Shown here: in pieces, positions 13,816-24,016 of the stretch
Layout of the letters: each line of letters opens with the position of its first letter
How positions within the stretch are numbered: the stretch's first letter is position 1
DNA from: a virus
IMG/VR virus record: IMGVR_UViG_3300029489_000008
Coordinates: 1-39,099 of that record
Reading direction: 5' to 3' (one strand)
Length of the DNA stretch: 39,099 bases
Notes under the pieces: model-generated
The model's database searches: none
What the model was told of the DNA's origin: nothing
Seen by the model: the letters and a program-made list of their open reading frames with translations, nothing else
Position numbers and translations under genes: made by a program

Positions 13816-15755
13816 TGGCTGCCCCGAGTATCAACTCAAAAATCAAACTGGACGGCGAGCGGGAATACAAGGCTGCGCTGGCCGAGATCAAGAGCGGACT
13901 GAACGTTCTGAAATCCGAGCTAAATCTCGCGTCCGAGCAGTTTCGGGATAACGCGGACAGCGTCGAAGCGCTGACAAAGAAAAATGATATTCTCGACCGC
14001 ACGATCCTGACGCAGAAGGAAAAAATCGAGCAGATCGAAAAGGCGCTCCAGTCATCGGCCTCCGCCTACGGCGAAGCCGATGAGCGCACCAATCGCTGGA
14101 AAACGCAGCTCAACAACGCACAGGCCGAATTGGTCAAGATGGAGCGTGCATTGAAGGACAACGAGGGCGCTCTCCAAAAAGCACAGAGAGAGGCAGACGG
14201 CACGACGACCGCCTTTGGCAAGCTGAAAAAGGCACTGTCCGACACCAAGGAGCAGGGCGGCGGCCTCAAGGGTCTGTTCGCCAATCTCAAGGAGGAGTTC
14301 TCCGGCAACGACGAGGTCATGCGCGGCCTTGGCGACGCGCTGACGGATGTGGCCGGGAAGTTCGGCATCCAGCTTCCGGAGGGCGCACAGAAGGCCGTGG
14401 AATCTCTCAACGGCATCCATGCAGGTGCGGCTTTGGCTGTGACCGGCCTTGGCCTTGTGGTCGCTGCGGTGGTCAAGACCGAAAAGGCCCTAATTTCCAT
14501 GACGAAGGAATCTGCCGCCTATGTTGACAACATTCTTACGATGTCGCAGACGACGGGCCAGTCCGCAGAACAGCTGCAGGAGTTTTCCTACGCAACGGAG
14601 CTTATGGACGTGTCCATGGACACGCTGCAAGGCTCGCTGACCAAGCTGACCAACAATATGCAAAATGCCATCAACGGAACCGGGGATGCAAAATCCGCTT
14701 TTGAGCAACTAGGTATTTCTCTGACAAATGATGTCGATGGTAGTATGCGCAGCGCAAACGACGTCTTTTACGACACGATTGATGCGCTCGGCGAGGTGCA
14801 GAACGCGACGGAACGTGACGCGCTCTCCATGGACATCTTTGGGCGGTCTGCGCAGGATCTCAACCCGCTGATCATCCAGGGCAGCGAGACCCTGAAAGAT
14901 TATGCGAAGGAAGCGCATGACGTTGGCTATGTTCTCGACAACGAAGCGTTAGAAGCACTCGGCGCTGTCGACGACGGGTTCCAGCGGTTGCAAAAAACAC
15001 AGGAATCTGTCAAGAACCAGATGGCTGCGGAGTTTGCTCCGTATCTGACCAAGGCGCTGGAGGACATCCGAGAGCTGATCCAGAAGGTCGGTAAAGCGCT
15101 GGTCGAGTCCGGCGCGGTCGATGCCTTCGGCAGTATCCTCGAATCGTCCGTTGCCCTGCTGGAGCCGCTCGGTTCGCTGATCTCCGCTGTTCTTCCGGCT
15201 TTGACCGCAGCATTGAAACCGATCGCAGAAACGGTTGCCCTGATTGCAGACACAGCCAACGTTATTGTCGGCCTGTTTACGTTCAACGGCGATAAGATCA
15301 GAACTGCGCTCGGCCTGAACGCCAGCTCCGGACAGCTCAGCAATATGCAGCGTGCCAGCGGTGCCTATAACGGCTACCGCTATTCGCAGTCTGCGGGCTG
15401 GATCACCGAGGGCACCTACACGGACGCGGAGCTGCGGTCGATGTACAACAGTGAGGTTTCCGCTGGGACGGCGCAAGGGACCTTTGAGGCGTGGAAAAAT
15501 GCCGGGTCGTGGCGCAGGAACGCCAGCGGCACAGACTGGTTTCCCGGCGGGCGGACGCTGCTGAGCGAGCACGGCGCGGAGACCGCGATCTTGCCGCAGG
15601 GCACACGCATCCTGACCGCGCAGGAAACGCGCCAGTCCGGCGGCGATACTTACAACATCACGATCGACGCCCATACGGTGCGGGAGTTTGAGGACATTCT
15701 CCGCATTGTGCAGGAGCGCCGCAGAGTGGTTCGGATGGGAGGGACAGCAACGTGA
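13815..15755 (+). CDS. Tail tape measure protein
   Basis: Coiled-coil N-terminus, a TP901-type core (LTMSQTTGQSAEQLQEF...IFGRSAQDLNPLI), and the expected position. Confidence 0.9.
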   Translation: MAAPSINSKIKLDGEREYKAALAEIKSGLNVLKSELNLASEQFRDNADSVEALTKKNDILDRTILTQKEKIEQIEKALQSSASAYGEADERTNRWKTQLNNAQAELVKMERALKDNEGALQKAQREADGTTTAFGKLKKALSDTKEQGGGLKGLFANLKEEFSGNDEVMRGLGDALTDVAGKFGIQLPEGAQKAVESLNGIHAGAALAVTGLGLVVAAVVKTEKALISMTKESAAYVDNILTMSQTTGQSAEQLQEFSYATELMDVSMDTLQGSLTKLTNNMQNAINGTGDAKSAFEQLGISLTNDVDGSMRSANDVFYDTIDALGEVQNATERDALSMDIFGRSAQDLNPLIIQGSETLKDYAKEAHDVGYVLDNEALEALGAVDDGFQRLQKTQESVKNQMAAEFAPYLTKALEDIRELIQKVGKALVESGAVDAFGSILESSVALLEPLGSLISAVLPALTAALKPIAETVALIADTANVIVGLFTFNGDKIRTALGLNASSGQLSNMQRASGAYNGYRYSQSAGWITEGTYTDAELRSMYNSEVSAGTAQGTFEAWKNAGSWRRNASGTDWFPGGRTLLSEHGAETAILPQGTRILTAQETRQSGGDTYNITIDAHTVREFEDILRIVQERRRVVRMGGTAT

Positions 15756-18055
15756 GCACCTACACATTGACCGCCAACAAATCGGGCGGCTACGGTTATA
15801 GCACCCCGGACTCAAACTTCCAGGCACCAACTGTGCAGTATGGCGCGGGCGACAATCTGGCAATGACGTTTCCAGCACTCCCCGCAGCTTATCAGTACAA
15901 AAAAATCAACAGCGTTATCCCATACGTCTACGCCAGCTGGCTTAGCTCCGTAGGCGGTTCGGCCACCATCTACTTTTCCGACTTTACAGCGGCTGCCGAC
16001 CCAGAAAAAATCACCTACTCAAACAGCACGCCAACGTCGAGCTATACTGTCAGCCGTGCGACTGCATCGTCCCATGCGTTGCCGGGCTGGGTTTATGGCA
16101 CCGCCGCGGACGGCTCCCTTGTGCTTAGCAACATCCGGAATTTGCTTAAATATGGCATGTCGGTCACATTTAGTCTCGTTGCGCTTTACACCACACTCAG
16201 CTCATACAAGCCATATCTTTTGATTGACTTTGATGCTGCCGACGTCGGTATCTCAATCGAAAGCGTTTCATACATCAACAATTCTGCCGCTGGCCGCGGC
16301 ATTGTTAACAAATTTGCGTGGTACGCAAAGCCAGCAACCACAGCAACCTATCTCCCAGTCAAACAGGCATCCGCTCAATTCCAGTGGCGCGTTGGCAGCT
16401 CCGGCACGGTTCACACGATCTCTTGCGGCGCTGCGGACTCGTCCAACCGATATGAACTCTCTGTCCAAGCTGGAACATTCCCCGCTGGGGAAATCCAGTG
16501 GCGCGTTGTCGTAACTGGCAACAACGGAGCAACCGCTACCTCTGACTGGTTTTCTCGAACTGTTTACGATGCTGTCATCCGGAATCCAAGCCCTGCAGGC
16601 GGCACAGTCCCGAAAGCGCTGCCCGCTACCTTCTCCTGGAAGCTCTCACAGAAGATGTCAGAGCATAGCACAACAAGCGATGTGAATCTGGCACAGAAAA
16701 CTGCGACATTCCGCTGGCGCACGGCTGCCGGAGCTGCGGCAACGGAGATCTCCTGTGGAACAGCGTCGTCCGTCACAATCCCAGCCGGCACATTTACCAC
16801 GAACACCATCCAGTGGCAGGTGACAGCCGCAACCGCCGAGGGCGTTTCCGCTACCTCGGACTGGATGACGATCTCCACGCTTGAGCAGGCTGGAACAGCC
16901 GAGACCGTGGCCCCGAGCGGTATCGTCATCGACGCCAGTGCCAGCAATGTATTCAAGTGGCAGCACGTCATTTCGACCGGCACGGCGCAGACAAAAGCGG
17001 AGCTGCAAATCTCCCCGGACAACAGCACATGGTCAGCGCTGGCTACGGTCACAGGGACTTCCGACACATACACCGTCCCCGCGAACACGATCAGCAGCGG
17101 TACAAAATACTGGCGCGTCCGGACATATAACTCGGATGGCGTCGCGAGCGAGTGGAGCGCAGCTGCGCAGTTCGTCGCAGTCGGCGCGCCGGATGCTCCG
17201 GTCGTCGTAATCGGAACAACCTCGCCGCGACCTGCGATCAGCTGGCAGGTAGAGGGGCAGCAAGCCTATCAGGTGGAGATCGACGGTGTCTACACCTCCG
17301 GCACGCGATTCGGAACCGGGAAGACGTGGACGGCACCGTTTTATCTGGAAGATGGCAGCTACACGGTGCGCGTCCGTGTGCAGAACGAATACGGCTTCTG
17401 GTCGCCGTGGGGCACGGCGGCGCTCCCGGTCACAAACGTACCGGGCGGCGCGATCACGCTGACCGCCGAGGGCGGCATCGAGGCGGCACTCAGCTGGACA
17501 CCGGGCAGCTTTGACTACTATCTGGTCTACCGGGATGGCGTAGCCATTGCGAAGGTCACGGAACCGGGCTACACCGACGCAGCCAGCATCGGTGTTGTGC
17601 GCTATCAGGTGCGCGGCTGCTACGACAACAGCGACAATTACAGCCTGTCCGAAGCCGTGGATGTCACAGTCAGCACAGACAAAGTCCGACTCTACGACAT
17701 GGAGCGCGGCGAGTGGCTGCATTTCCTCTATGATTCTTCGGCACACCGCAGCACGGGGCTAAGCCTGTCCCAGGATATCCAATATGTCCAGCTCTCCGGG
17801 CACACCTACCCGGTCGCCGAGCGGAGCGAATTTAAGTCCCGCGCGCTGCGGATCACCTGCGTCTGCGCGGATGACGCGGAGCGGCAGTCTCTCCGGGCAC
17901 TGCTCGGACACATGACCTGCTGCAAGACGCCGGAGGGCAGCATGAGCATCGGCTACCCGGCCAGCATCTCGGAAAGCTCCGATGATTTCTTCAGCACCTA
18001 TTCTTTCACCATCGAGCAGATCGACCGAAAGGAGGAGATCGACCTTGATTCGTGA
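15752..18055 (+). CDS. Tail protein in the distal-tail (Dit) position with about five FN3-like repeats
   Basis: GTGA overlap with the tape measure. Modules recur with the patterns F/I-x-W-(R/K/Q) and ATSDW, SEWS or SPWG. Confidence 0.75.
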   Translation: MSTYTLTANKSGGYGYSTPDSNFQAPTVQYGAGDNLAMTFPALPAAYQYKKINSVIPYVYASWLSSVGGSATIYFSDFTAAADPEKITYSNSTPTSSYTVSRATASSHALPGWVYGTAADGSLVLSNIRNLLKYGMSVTFSLVALYTTLSSYKPYLLIDFDAADVGISIESVSYINNSAAGRGIVNKFAWYAKPATTATYLPVKQASAQFQWRVGSSGTVHTISCGAADSSNRYELSVQAGTFPAGEIQWRVVVTGNNGATATSDWFSRTVYDAVIRNPSPAGGTVPKALPATFSWKLSQKMSEHSTTSDVNLAQKTATFRWRTAAGAAATEISCGTASSVTIPAGTFTTNTIQWQVTAATAEGVSATSDWMTISTLEQAGTAETVAPSGIVIDASASNVFKWQHVISTGTAQTKAELQISPDNSTWSALATVTGTSDTYTVPANTISSGTKYWRVRTYNSDGVASEWSAAAQFVAVGAPDAPVVVIGTTSPRPAISWQVEGQQAYQVEIDGVYTSGTRFGTGKTWTAPFYLEDGSYTVRVRVQNEYGFWSPWGTAALPVTNVPGGAITLTAEGGIEAALSWTPGSFDYYLVYRDGVAIAKVTEPGYTDAASIGVVRYQVRGCYDNSDNYSLSEAVDVTVSTDKVRLYDMERGEWLHFLYDSSAHRSTGLSLSQDIQYVQLSGHTYPVAERSEFKSRALRITCVCADDAERQSLRALLGHMTCCKTPEGSMSIGYPASISESSDDFFSTYSFTIEQIDRKEEIDLDS

Positions 18056-19088
18056 CGTTTCCTATCACGTCAACGTTCTGCGCAACGGAGCCGAGTTTGC
18101 CCGGCTCCATTGGCGCAGCGGCGACAATCCCAATATCATGGTCAACAAGGACGCCGAGATCAAAGGCAGCTTCTCCGGGCGGTTCTACGTCCCCGACACG
18201 GTCGATCTGCTGTCAGACGAGCTGCAGCCCGTCATGCGGCTGAACGGCGTGGAGACGCCGCTGGGCGTCTTCCAGACGGCCACTCCGAGCCGCGCGACCG
18301 ACCGCTACAACACGGTCGTCCAGATCGAGGCATACGACCGCTGCTGGCGGCTGCAAAACCAGCGTACGGAGAACATCCTGCACATCGCCGCCGGTACGTC
18401 CTACATTACAAAGATCCGCCAGATGCTCACGGAGGCCGGGATCGGGCTGGTCATTGCGGCTCCGTCCATAGCCACGCTCCAGACAGACCGCGAGGATTGG
18501 GAGATCGGCACGACCTACCTCGCTATTATCAATCAGCTGCTGGCCGAGATCAATTACAGCGATGTGTGGTTCGACGGCAGCGGCATCGCGCATTTGGAGC
18601 CGTATGAACAGCCCAGCGCCGACCGCATCGATCATGCCTATTCCGATACCGATGTCGTCCACGCGCAGCCGATCGGGCCGGATCACAACGACGAGACGGA
18701 CATTTTCAACGCGCCGAACGTCTTTGTCCGAATCTGCAGCAATCCGGATCTCGATGCCGACATGGTGGCCACGGCGGTCAACGAGTCTCCGACGTCCAGC
18801 ACATCCACGTTCAAGCGCAAAATGCGCATCGTGGATGTGCAGCGTGTGGACAACATTGCGAGCCAAGATGAGCTTCAGGCCGCCGCAGACCGCGCCCGGA
18901 ACGAGTCCATGCTGGCCGCGCGAACCATCACATTTCAGACACTCAACGAGCCGGGGCACGGCGTCGGGGACATCATCTCCATCGACGACCCGGAACTGGC
19001 CGGGATCTACGAGGAGACCGGCTGGTCGCTGACCATGGCCTCCGGCCAGATGATGCAGCACACAGCAAAAAGGACGGTGATCGCATGA
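18045..19088 (+). CDS. Tail tip / baseplate protein (Tal position)
   Basis: TTG 18045 lies 8 nt after AAAGGAGGA and overlaps the upstream stop. The function is assigned from position only. Confidence 0.6.
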   Translation: MIRDVSYHVNVLRNGAEFARLHWRSGDNPNIMVNKDAEIKGSFSGRFYVPDTVDLLSDELQPVMRLNGVETPLGVFQTATPSRATDRYNTVVQIEAYDRCWRLQNQRTENILHIAAGTSYITKIRQMLTEAGIGLVIAAPSIATLQTDREDWEIGTTYLAIINQLLAEINYSDVWFDGSGIAHLEPYEQPSADRIDHAYSDTDVVHAQPIGPDHNDETDIFNAPNVFVRICSNPDLDADMVATAVNESPTSSTSTFKRKMRIVDVQRVDNIASQDELQAAADRARNESMLAARTITFQTLNEPGHGVGDIISIDDPELAGIYEETGWSLTMASGQMMQHTAKRTVIA

Positions 19089-19324
19089 TGGATCTGTTTA
19101 CGGCCACGCTGGAGAGTCCGCAGGAATCGCCGCTGCTCTCGCTGGCGACGATCGGCGCGAAGTACACGGACGGCGTCTCGCTGATCTTCCCCGGCCAGAC
19201 CAAGGCAACGGCCAAGCACTACCGCTGCAATCCGGACGTCACCTTCGCTGCGGGCAATCGCGTCCTGATTGCCCGCGTCAGCGGCAGCTATGTGGTGCTG
19301 TGCAAGGTCGGCAAGCCAAAGTAA
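19085..19324 (+). CDS. Small tail-module protein
   Basis: ATGA overlap with the upstream gene. No family recognised. Confidence 0.55.
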   Translation: MMDLFTATLESPQESPLLSLATIGAKYTDGVSLIFPGQTKATAKHYRCNPDVTFAAGNRVLIARVSGSYVVLCKVGKPK

Positions 19325-19334
19325 GGAGGTAGCT

Positions 19335-19652
19335 ATGAGCCTAAAAATCATGCAAGGCGACCAGTACGCCATTGTATTTACTGGGACGCAGAACGGCGCG
19401 CCGCTCGACCTATCCAAGATTGAGATGATCGAGTTCATCGTTGGGAAGCTGCGAAAAATCTACCCCGGTGAGGTCACGGCGAACGACGGGAAGTTTTACT
19501 TTCCGCTGACACAGGAAGAGACGCTGAACTTCAAATCGGCGATGCAGTCGGTGCAGATCCGGGTGAAGTTTCTCGGCGCGGAGCCTGTTGTGGTCGGCGT
19601 TCCTCTCGGGGGCATCCGCGTTACAGACGCGATCAGTAAGGTGGTGCTGTGA
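19335..19652 (+). CDS. Tail-module hypothetical protein
   Basis: ATG 19335 preceded by TAAGGAGG. Confidence 0.65.
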   Translation: MSLKIMQGDQYAIVFTGTQNGAPLDLSKIEMIEFIVGKLRKIYPGEVTANDGKFYFPLTQEETLNFKSAMQSVQIRVKFLGAEPVVVGVPLGGIRVTDAISKVVL

Positions 19653-19843
19653 TGGCGATTCCATTCAACATCAGCGAGAGGCCGGAGATCGCCTTTTCCA
19701 TTGAAAATGTCAAGGCTGGTCTTGGCGGCGGCTCCGGCAACGTCTCATCTGCGCAGATCAACACCATTGTAGTCCTCGACCGGGCAGAATATGACGCACT
19801 GGCCGTCAAGGATGCAAAGACACTGTATCTGATTCGGGGGTGA
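19649..19843 (+). CDS. Small fibre-associated protein
   Basis: VVLDRAEYDALAVKDAKTLYLI resembles the AEYDAL..KD..TLY motif found at the N-termini of phage fibre proteins. Confidence 0.55.
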   Translation: MMAIPFNISERPEIAFSIENVKAGLGGGSGNVSSAQINTIVVLDRAEYDALAVKDAKTLYLIRG

Positions 19844-19847
19844 CGGA

Positions 19848-19991
19848 ATGATCACAGTCGGAGAAGAACAGCTAAAGGAGTTGTTTGTCGGTGAGATGGG
19901 CATCAAGAATGCCTGCATCGGCGAAGAACCCATCTATACCCGCCAGGGCGGATATTTATACATCGAACTGAACGAAAAGAAAGGGGCATAA
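19848..19991 (+). CDS. Small ORF (47 aa), absent from the ORF track
   Basis: ATG 19848 to TAA 19991 exactly fills the gap between neighbouring genes: MITVGEEQLKELFVGEMGIKNACIGEEPIYTRQGGYLYIELNEKKGA. Confidence 0.4.
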   Translation: MITVGEEQLKELFVGEMGIKNACIGEEPIYTRQGGYLYIELNEKKGA

Positions 19992-19994
19992 CCT

Positions 19995-20657
19995 ATGGCA
20001 AGTTTTTTCAATCTAATTCTTGATACGCTTGCACCGTCTGGGCTGACGCTGAAGCTCAACGGCGGCGCGACGTATGCAACAAGCAACACCGTAGCCGCAA
20101 CGATCACGCTGACGGATGAAACCAAGACCGGCTACCAGATGAAGCTCTGGGGCATCAAGGCGGCTGCAACGGAAGCGGACGCATCGTGGGAGACCTTCGC
20201 GGCCAGCAAGTCCATCATCCTGACGGAAGGCGATGGACTGAAAACCGTACATATCAAGGTGCGGGATGACGTCGGCAACGAAACGGCTGCGGTCACAGCG
20301 TCTATCACGGTCAACACTGCGGTTCCGGTGGTCACGATCACTGGCCCCGACAAGACCAGAATCTCCAAAGTCTCCGGCTTCGACACCTGCGCGTTCTCCT
20401 TCACCTGCGACGTGGACTTCGAGGAATACACGGTGCGTGTCGTGCCGAGCACCAGCAGTCTCCACGACGCCGGTACGCAGATCCCGACCACTGGCGGTTC
20501 CAGCAACACCAGCGGCACGGCTGGCGGCTACAAGAAGGCCACGGCGATTGATGTCACCATCAAGGGCGCTGACCTTGCGACGGCATCCTCCGGCGACGGT
20601 ACGAAGATCATCAAGGTCTTTGTCAAGAACGCCGCCGGGACTTGGAGCGTGGCATAA
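19995..20657 (+). CDS. Tail fibre / decoration protein with Ig-like modules
   Basis: Thr/Val/Ala-rich beta-type sequence. The C-terminal half (TITGPDKTRISKVSGFD...) is paralogous to the next ORF. Confidence 0.7.
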   Translation: MASFFNLILDTLAPSGLTLKLNGGATYATSNTVAATITLTDETKTGYQMKLWGIKAAATEADASWETFAASKSIILTEGDGLKTVHIKVRDDVGNETAAVTASITVNTAVPVVTITGPDKTRISKVSGFDTCAFSFTCDVDFEEYTVRVVPSTSSLHDAGTQIPTTGGSSNTSGTAGGYKKATAIDVTIKGADLATASSGDGTKIIKVFVKNAAGTWSVA

Positions 20658-21034
20658 TGGCCGCGCCGGGACTGACGTTCACCATCACGGGGAATAAAAT
20701 CTCGGCAGTCTCGGGTTTCGATTCCATCACCGTCAAATTCTCATCGGACATCGCATATCAGGCATTCGAGTGCCGCGCGACGAAGACCGGCGAGGACTGG
20801 GGGCGAGGGAAAGGGGCGCTCATTGCGTCCTTTTCCCAGACCCCTGCGGGGACGGAGCGAACCTTTGAGGTCTACGACGATTTTCTCCTGAGTGGTGACG
20901 GAGAATATAGAATCTCCCTCTACGCACAGGGGGCGGACGGAAGCTGGAATGATAACTATGGTTTTGTGCCGTCTGGCACGACAAAGACCATGCTGACGGC
21001 AGACGGCAAGGAATTTCTCTGCATGAAGGAGTGA
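20657..21034 (+). CDS. Paralogous Ig-like tail-module protein
   Basis: TAATG overlap with the upstream gene. FTITGNKISAVSGFDSITVKF parallels the preceding ORF. Confidence 0.7.
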   Translation: MAAPGLTFTITGNKISAVSGFDSITVKFSSDIAYQAFECRATKTGEDWGRGKGALIASFSQTPAGTERTFEVYDDFLLSGDGEYRISLYAQGADGSWNDNYGFVPSGTTKTMLTADGKEFLCMKE

Positions 21035-21038
21035 TTTT

Positions 21039-21236
21039 ATGGCAGACCAATACAATAGCGCGCACACCGGCGCAGAGATCGATCAGGCGGTGTCTGACGT
21101 CCAGAACAACAAGGCCGCATGGAGCGCGAAGGAGCTGCCCGCGGTCACTGCTTCGGACAATGGAAAGTTCCTGCGTGTTGTGTCTGGTGCATGGGCGGCT
21201 GCGGAGATTGCAAACGCGAATGGAGGTAGCTTCTGA
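21039..21236 (+). CDS. Small fibre-associated protein
   Basis: GAAGGAG RBS upstream. Contains an HTGAEIDQAV motif. Confidence 0.6.
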   Translation: MADQYNSAHTGAEIDQAVSDVQNNKAAWSAKELPAVTASDNGKFLRVVSGAWAAAEIANANGGSF

Positions 21237-22348
21237 TGGCTGAATATTTGACAAATACAACTGACCTGACAAAGGTTGCCGCAGCTATCCGGGAGAAGGG
21301 CGGCACATCTGACCCACTGGTCTACCCGGACGGATTTGTGACAGCGATTCAGGCCATTCAGACCGGCACGGAATTGAAGATCGTCGTGTCTGTGACATCT
21401 GGTGCAACTGTTACCGCCACGAAAGGAAGCAAGGCCGTGAGCGGTACATCCGTCAACGGAACGTGTACACTTGTTGTTCCGGAGGCCGGTACATGGAGCG
21501 TCAAGGCGACGCACAATGGGCAAACGTCCGGTACGAAAAGCGTCACTTTTACGGATCGTTACGCGGTTACGCTCTCTTTTGTTTCGGCTGTGCTGAATGA
21601 TAACGACTGGGCGACCATCAAAAAAATATCCGACAAGGGTGAGGGCGCGAACTATTGGAGTATCGGCGACCGAAAGGCGGTCACGCTGAACGGCACAGTT
21701 GGCACGTTGACGCTGTCAAACTATACGATCTACGCATTCATTCTGGGGTTTAATCACAATGCCGAGCTTGAAGGCCAAAACCGCATTCACTTCCAGCTGG
21801 GCAAAACCGCACTGTCCGGTGGTACGGATGTTGCCCTCTGTGACTACGCCTATAATAACATGGGCGGCGGATTCAGAATGAACACCAGCAACACGAACAA
21901 TGGCGGGTGGGAAAGCTCGCAAATGCGTACTGCGATTTGCGGTACAAGCCTGACAAGCTATTCCGGCACGATTCTTGCTGTCATCCCGGCAGCACTCCGC
22001 GCCGTTCTGAAATCCGTCACGAAGTACACGAATAACATAGGTAATAGCTACGCCGAGACTGCGGTAACGGCAACGACAGATTACTTTTTCCTCCTGTCTG
22101 AATATGAAGTATTCGGGGCAAAAAAATACAGTAACGTGGATGAGAAAAACAAACAAGCTCAATACGCATATTACAGCGCGGGCAACAGCAAAATCAAGTA
22201 CAATCACGGTGCGACAAGCACAGCCGTCATTGTGTGGTTGCGCTCTTCCGCGTACCAAGCCTATTTCGTAAGTGTGAAGGTTGATGGGACGGTTGATACT
22301 CAATTCGCAGGCTACTCGGAAGGTTTTGCCCCAGGTTTTTGTGTATAG
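21236..22348 (+). CDS. Tail fibre / receptor-binding-like protein
   Basis: N-terminal LTKVAAAIREKGGTSDPLVYPDGFVTAIQAI pattern. The C-terminal region carries DYFFLLSEYEVFG and WLRS motifs. Confidence 0.7.
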   Translation: MAEYLTNTTDLTKVAAAIREKGGTSDPLVYPDGFVTAIQAIQTGTELKIVVSVTSGATVTATKGSKAVSGTSVNGTCTLVVPEAGTWSVKATHNGQTSGTKSVTFTDRYAVTLSFVSAVLNDNDWATIKKISDKGEGANYWSIGDRKAVTLNGTVGTLTLSNYTIYAFILGFNHNAELEGQNRIHFQLGKTALSGGTDVALCDYAYNNMGGGFRMNTSNTNNGGWESSQMRTAICGTSLTSYSGTILAVIPAALRAVLKSVTKYTNNIGNSYAETAVTATTDYFFLLSEYEVFGAKKYSNVDEKNKQAQYAYYSAGNSKIKYNHGATSTAVIVWLRSSAYQAYFVSVKVDGTVDTQFAGYSEGFAPGFCV

Positions 22349-22357
22349 GGAGGCATT

Positions 22358-22726
22358 ATGGACTACATCACATACAAACGGTTCAAAGGAAAAAGCATTT
22401 CCGGGGAGATCAATATTCCGTTCGGCACGATTTTGCAGGAGCGTGAAAAATTCCTCTATCTGGACGGAAAGCCGATCTGCTGCGTGACGAGTGAAAACGG
22501 CTGGAATCATTTTCGACCACTGACTGATGAGGGCAAATACCGGCAGGATATGTTGGAAAAGCTCTACAGCTGGTATACAAAGCACGGATGCGGTGAGGAT
22601 TTCACCGATGAGAACTGGCCGGGACAGGAGAACGGCTATTGGAAGAACCGGTTGAGAACAGCCAGCACGGAACGGTTGAAACAGATCTATTTTGAGAAAT
22701 TCGGGGTGATGCCATGTATGCAGTAA
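22358..22726 (+). CDS. Hypothetical protein
   Basis: GGGAGG RBS upstream; otherwise coding context only. Confidence 0.6.
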   Translation: MDYITYKRFKGKSISGEINIPFGTILQEREKFLYLDGKPICCVTSENGWNHFRPLTDEGKYRQDMLEKLYSWYTKHGCGEDFTDENWPGQENGYWKNRLRTASTERLKQIYFEKFGVMPCMQ

Positions 22727-23025
22727 AAAAAGAGGGTGCGTTTGCCGGGTATGCGGACAGCATTATGCTCATCCGGCTGCATAGCAACGGCTGCTATGTA
22801 CCGTGCAAGGAGGCCGAGGCCGAGGGCTTTTGTGCGAAGATGGCCGTGACGCTGACCGACGAGGACGGTAAGGAGTATCAGGCACTTTCTGACACGGTGT
22901 TCCGGCTGGCGGGCAAGCTGTTGAAGGGCACAGAGCCGGAGGGCAGCTATGAGGAAATGGGTGCGGCATTGCCACTCACGGATGCAGAGACAGCGGCGAA
23001 AATTTTACTTGGGGAGGCAGAATGA
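22714..23025 (+). CDS. Hypothetical protein
   Basis: Overlapping operon arrangement with its neighbours. Confidence 0.6.
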   Translation: MYAVKKEGAFAGYADSIMLIRLHSNGCYVPCKEAEAEGFCAKMAVTLTDEDGKEYQALSDTVFRLAGKLLKGTEPEGSYEEMGAALPLTDAETAAKILLGEAE

Positions 23026-23426
23026 TGATGACCTATACAGAAAGGGCCAGAGCACTACGGCCCTATATTGAAAAAGCATCTGTGAGCCTAGCTGATGAAG
23101 ATGCGCTGCAAGCAGTAGAGCTGTTTCCCCAGTGGGTGATAGGCCATTCTTATGCGGTCGATGAGCGGTTGCAATATAAGAATGTGCTGTATCGCGTGGT
23201 GCAGGCGCATACCTCCCAGGCAGATTGGCCGCCGGATAAGACACCGGCGCTGTTTGTGACCGTTTCACTGGACGAATGGCCTGAATTCGTACAGCCGACC
23301 GGGGCGCACGACGCCTACAAGAAGGGCGACAAGGTGACGTTTGAGGGCAAGCATTATATTAGCCTGATTGACGCGAACGTGTATTCACCCACAGCATATC
23401 CGGCTGGTTGGCAGGAACAGACATAA
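23022..23426 (+). CDS. Carbohydrate-binding (CBM5/12-like) protein
   Basis: Two repeats of the Y-x-x-GD-V-x-Y-x-G-x-x-Y type: YAVDERLQYKNVLYRVVQAH and YKKGDKVTFEGKHYISLIDAN. Confidence 0.6.
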   Translation: MMMTYTERARALRPYIEKASVSLADEDALQAVELFPQWVIGHSYAVDERLQYKNVLYRVVQAHTSQADWPPDKTPALFVTVSLDEWPEFVQPTGAHDAYKKGDKVTFEGKHYISLIDANVYSPTAYPAGWQEQT

Positions 23427-23450
23427 AAATACCGGGAAAGGAAGTAAGAG

Positions 23451-23747
23451 ATGGACGATGGAATTCAGGCAAAGATCGCCGAAATCGAGGCCCGCAGCAA
23501 GAGCAACACGCACCGCATCAACGACTTAGAGGAGGACAACCGGGCGCTGCACGCGCTGGCGACGTCGGTCGAAGTCCTCGCCACGAAGCAGGATACCATT
23601 GAGAGCACCGTGCAGGAGATCAAGACGGACGTCAAGGAATTAAAGGCCGTGCCGGGAAGCAAATGGGAGGCGCTGGTCAAGGCGGCCCTCACGGCCATTG
23701 TGGGGGCGCTGGTCGGCTTCGCGCTGGCTCATGCGGGGATCGTGTGA
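23451..23747 (+). CDS. xhlA: XhlA-family protein (coiled coil plus C-terminal TM), lysis-associated
   Basis: N-terminal coiled coil and C-terminal TM AALTAIVGALVGFALAHAGIV. It heads the lysis cassette. Confidence 0.7.
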   Translation: MDDGIQAKIAEIEARSKSNTHRINDLEEDNRALHALATSVEVLATKQDTIESTVQEIKTDVKELKAVPGSKWEALVKAALTAIVGALVGFALAHAGIV

Positions 23748-24004
23748 TGGAGACTTCGAAGAAGCTGCTGATTGGCAGCGCGGCGGCGAGCGTCGTTTGC
23801 ATTATCCTGAATGTGCTCGGCGTGCTGAGCGTGGAGGTCACGCTGGCAGTCATCGGATTTGCGACGGCGATTGGGATGTTTTACCTCTGGAAAGCCAAGA
23901 ACGAGAACCGCAGCAAATACGCAATAAAGTACATCAAGAGTTTACCGGAAACGTATACGGCAGAGGAAAAGGCACGGTTTTTGGAGATCGTGCTAAAGGA
24001 TTGA
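23747..24004 (+). CDS. Small 2-TM protein, holin candidate
   Basis: TGATG overlap with the upstream gene. Two hydrophobic helices are followed by a charged tail. Confidence 0.6.
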   Translation: METSKKLLIGSAAASVVCIILNVLGVLSVEVTLAVIGFATAIGMFYLWKAKNENRSKYAIKYIKSLPETYTAEEKARFLEIVLKD

Positions 24005-24016
24005 AAGGAGTTACTT

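Noticed and set aside
15752-22348. A diversity-generating retroelement, or template/variable repeat pairs, in the tail fibre region.
   Set aside because: No reverse transcriptase ORF occurs anywhere in the window. The repeats in this region are diverged protein-domain duplications rather than near-identical DNA pairs with adenine-specific differences.
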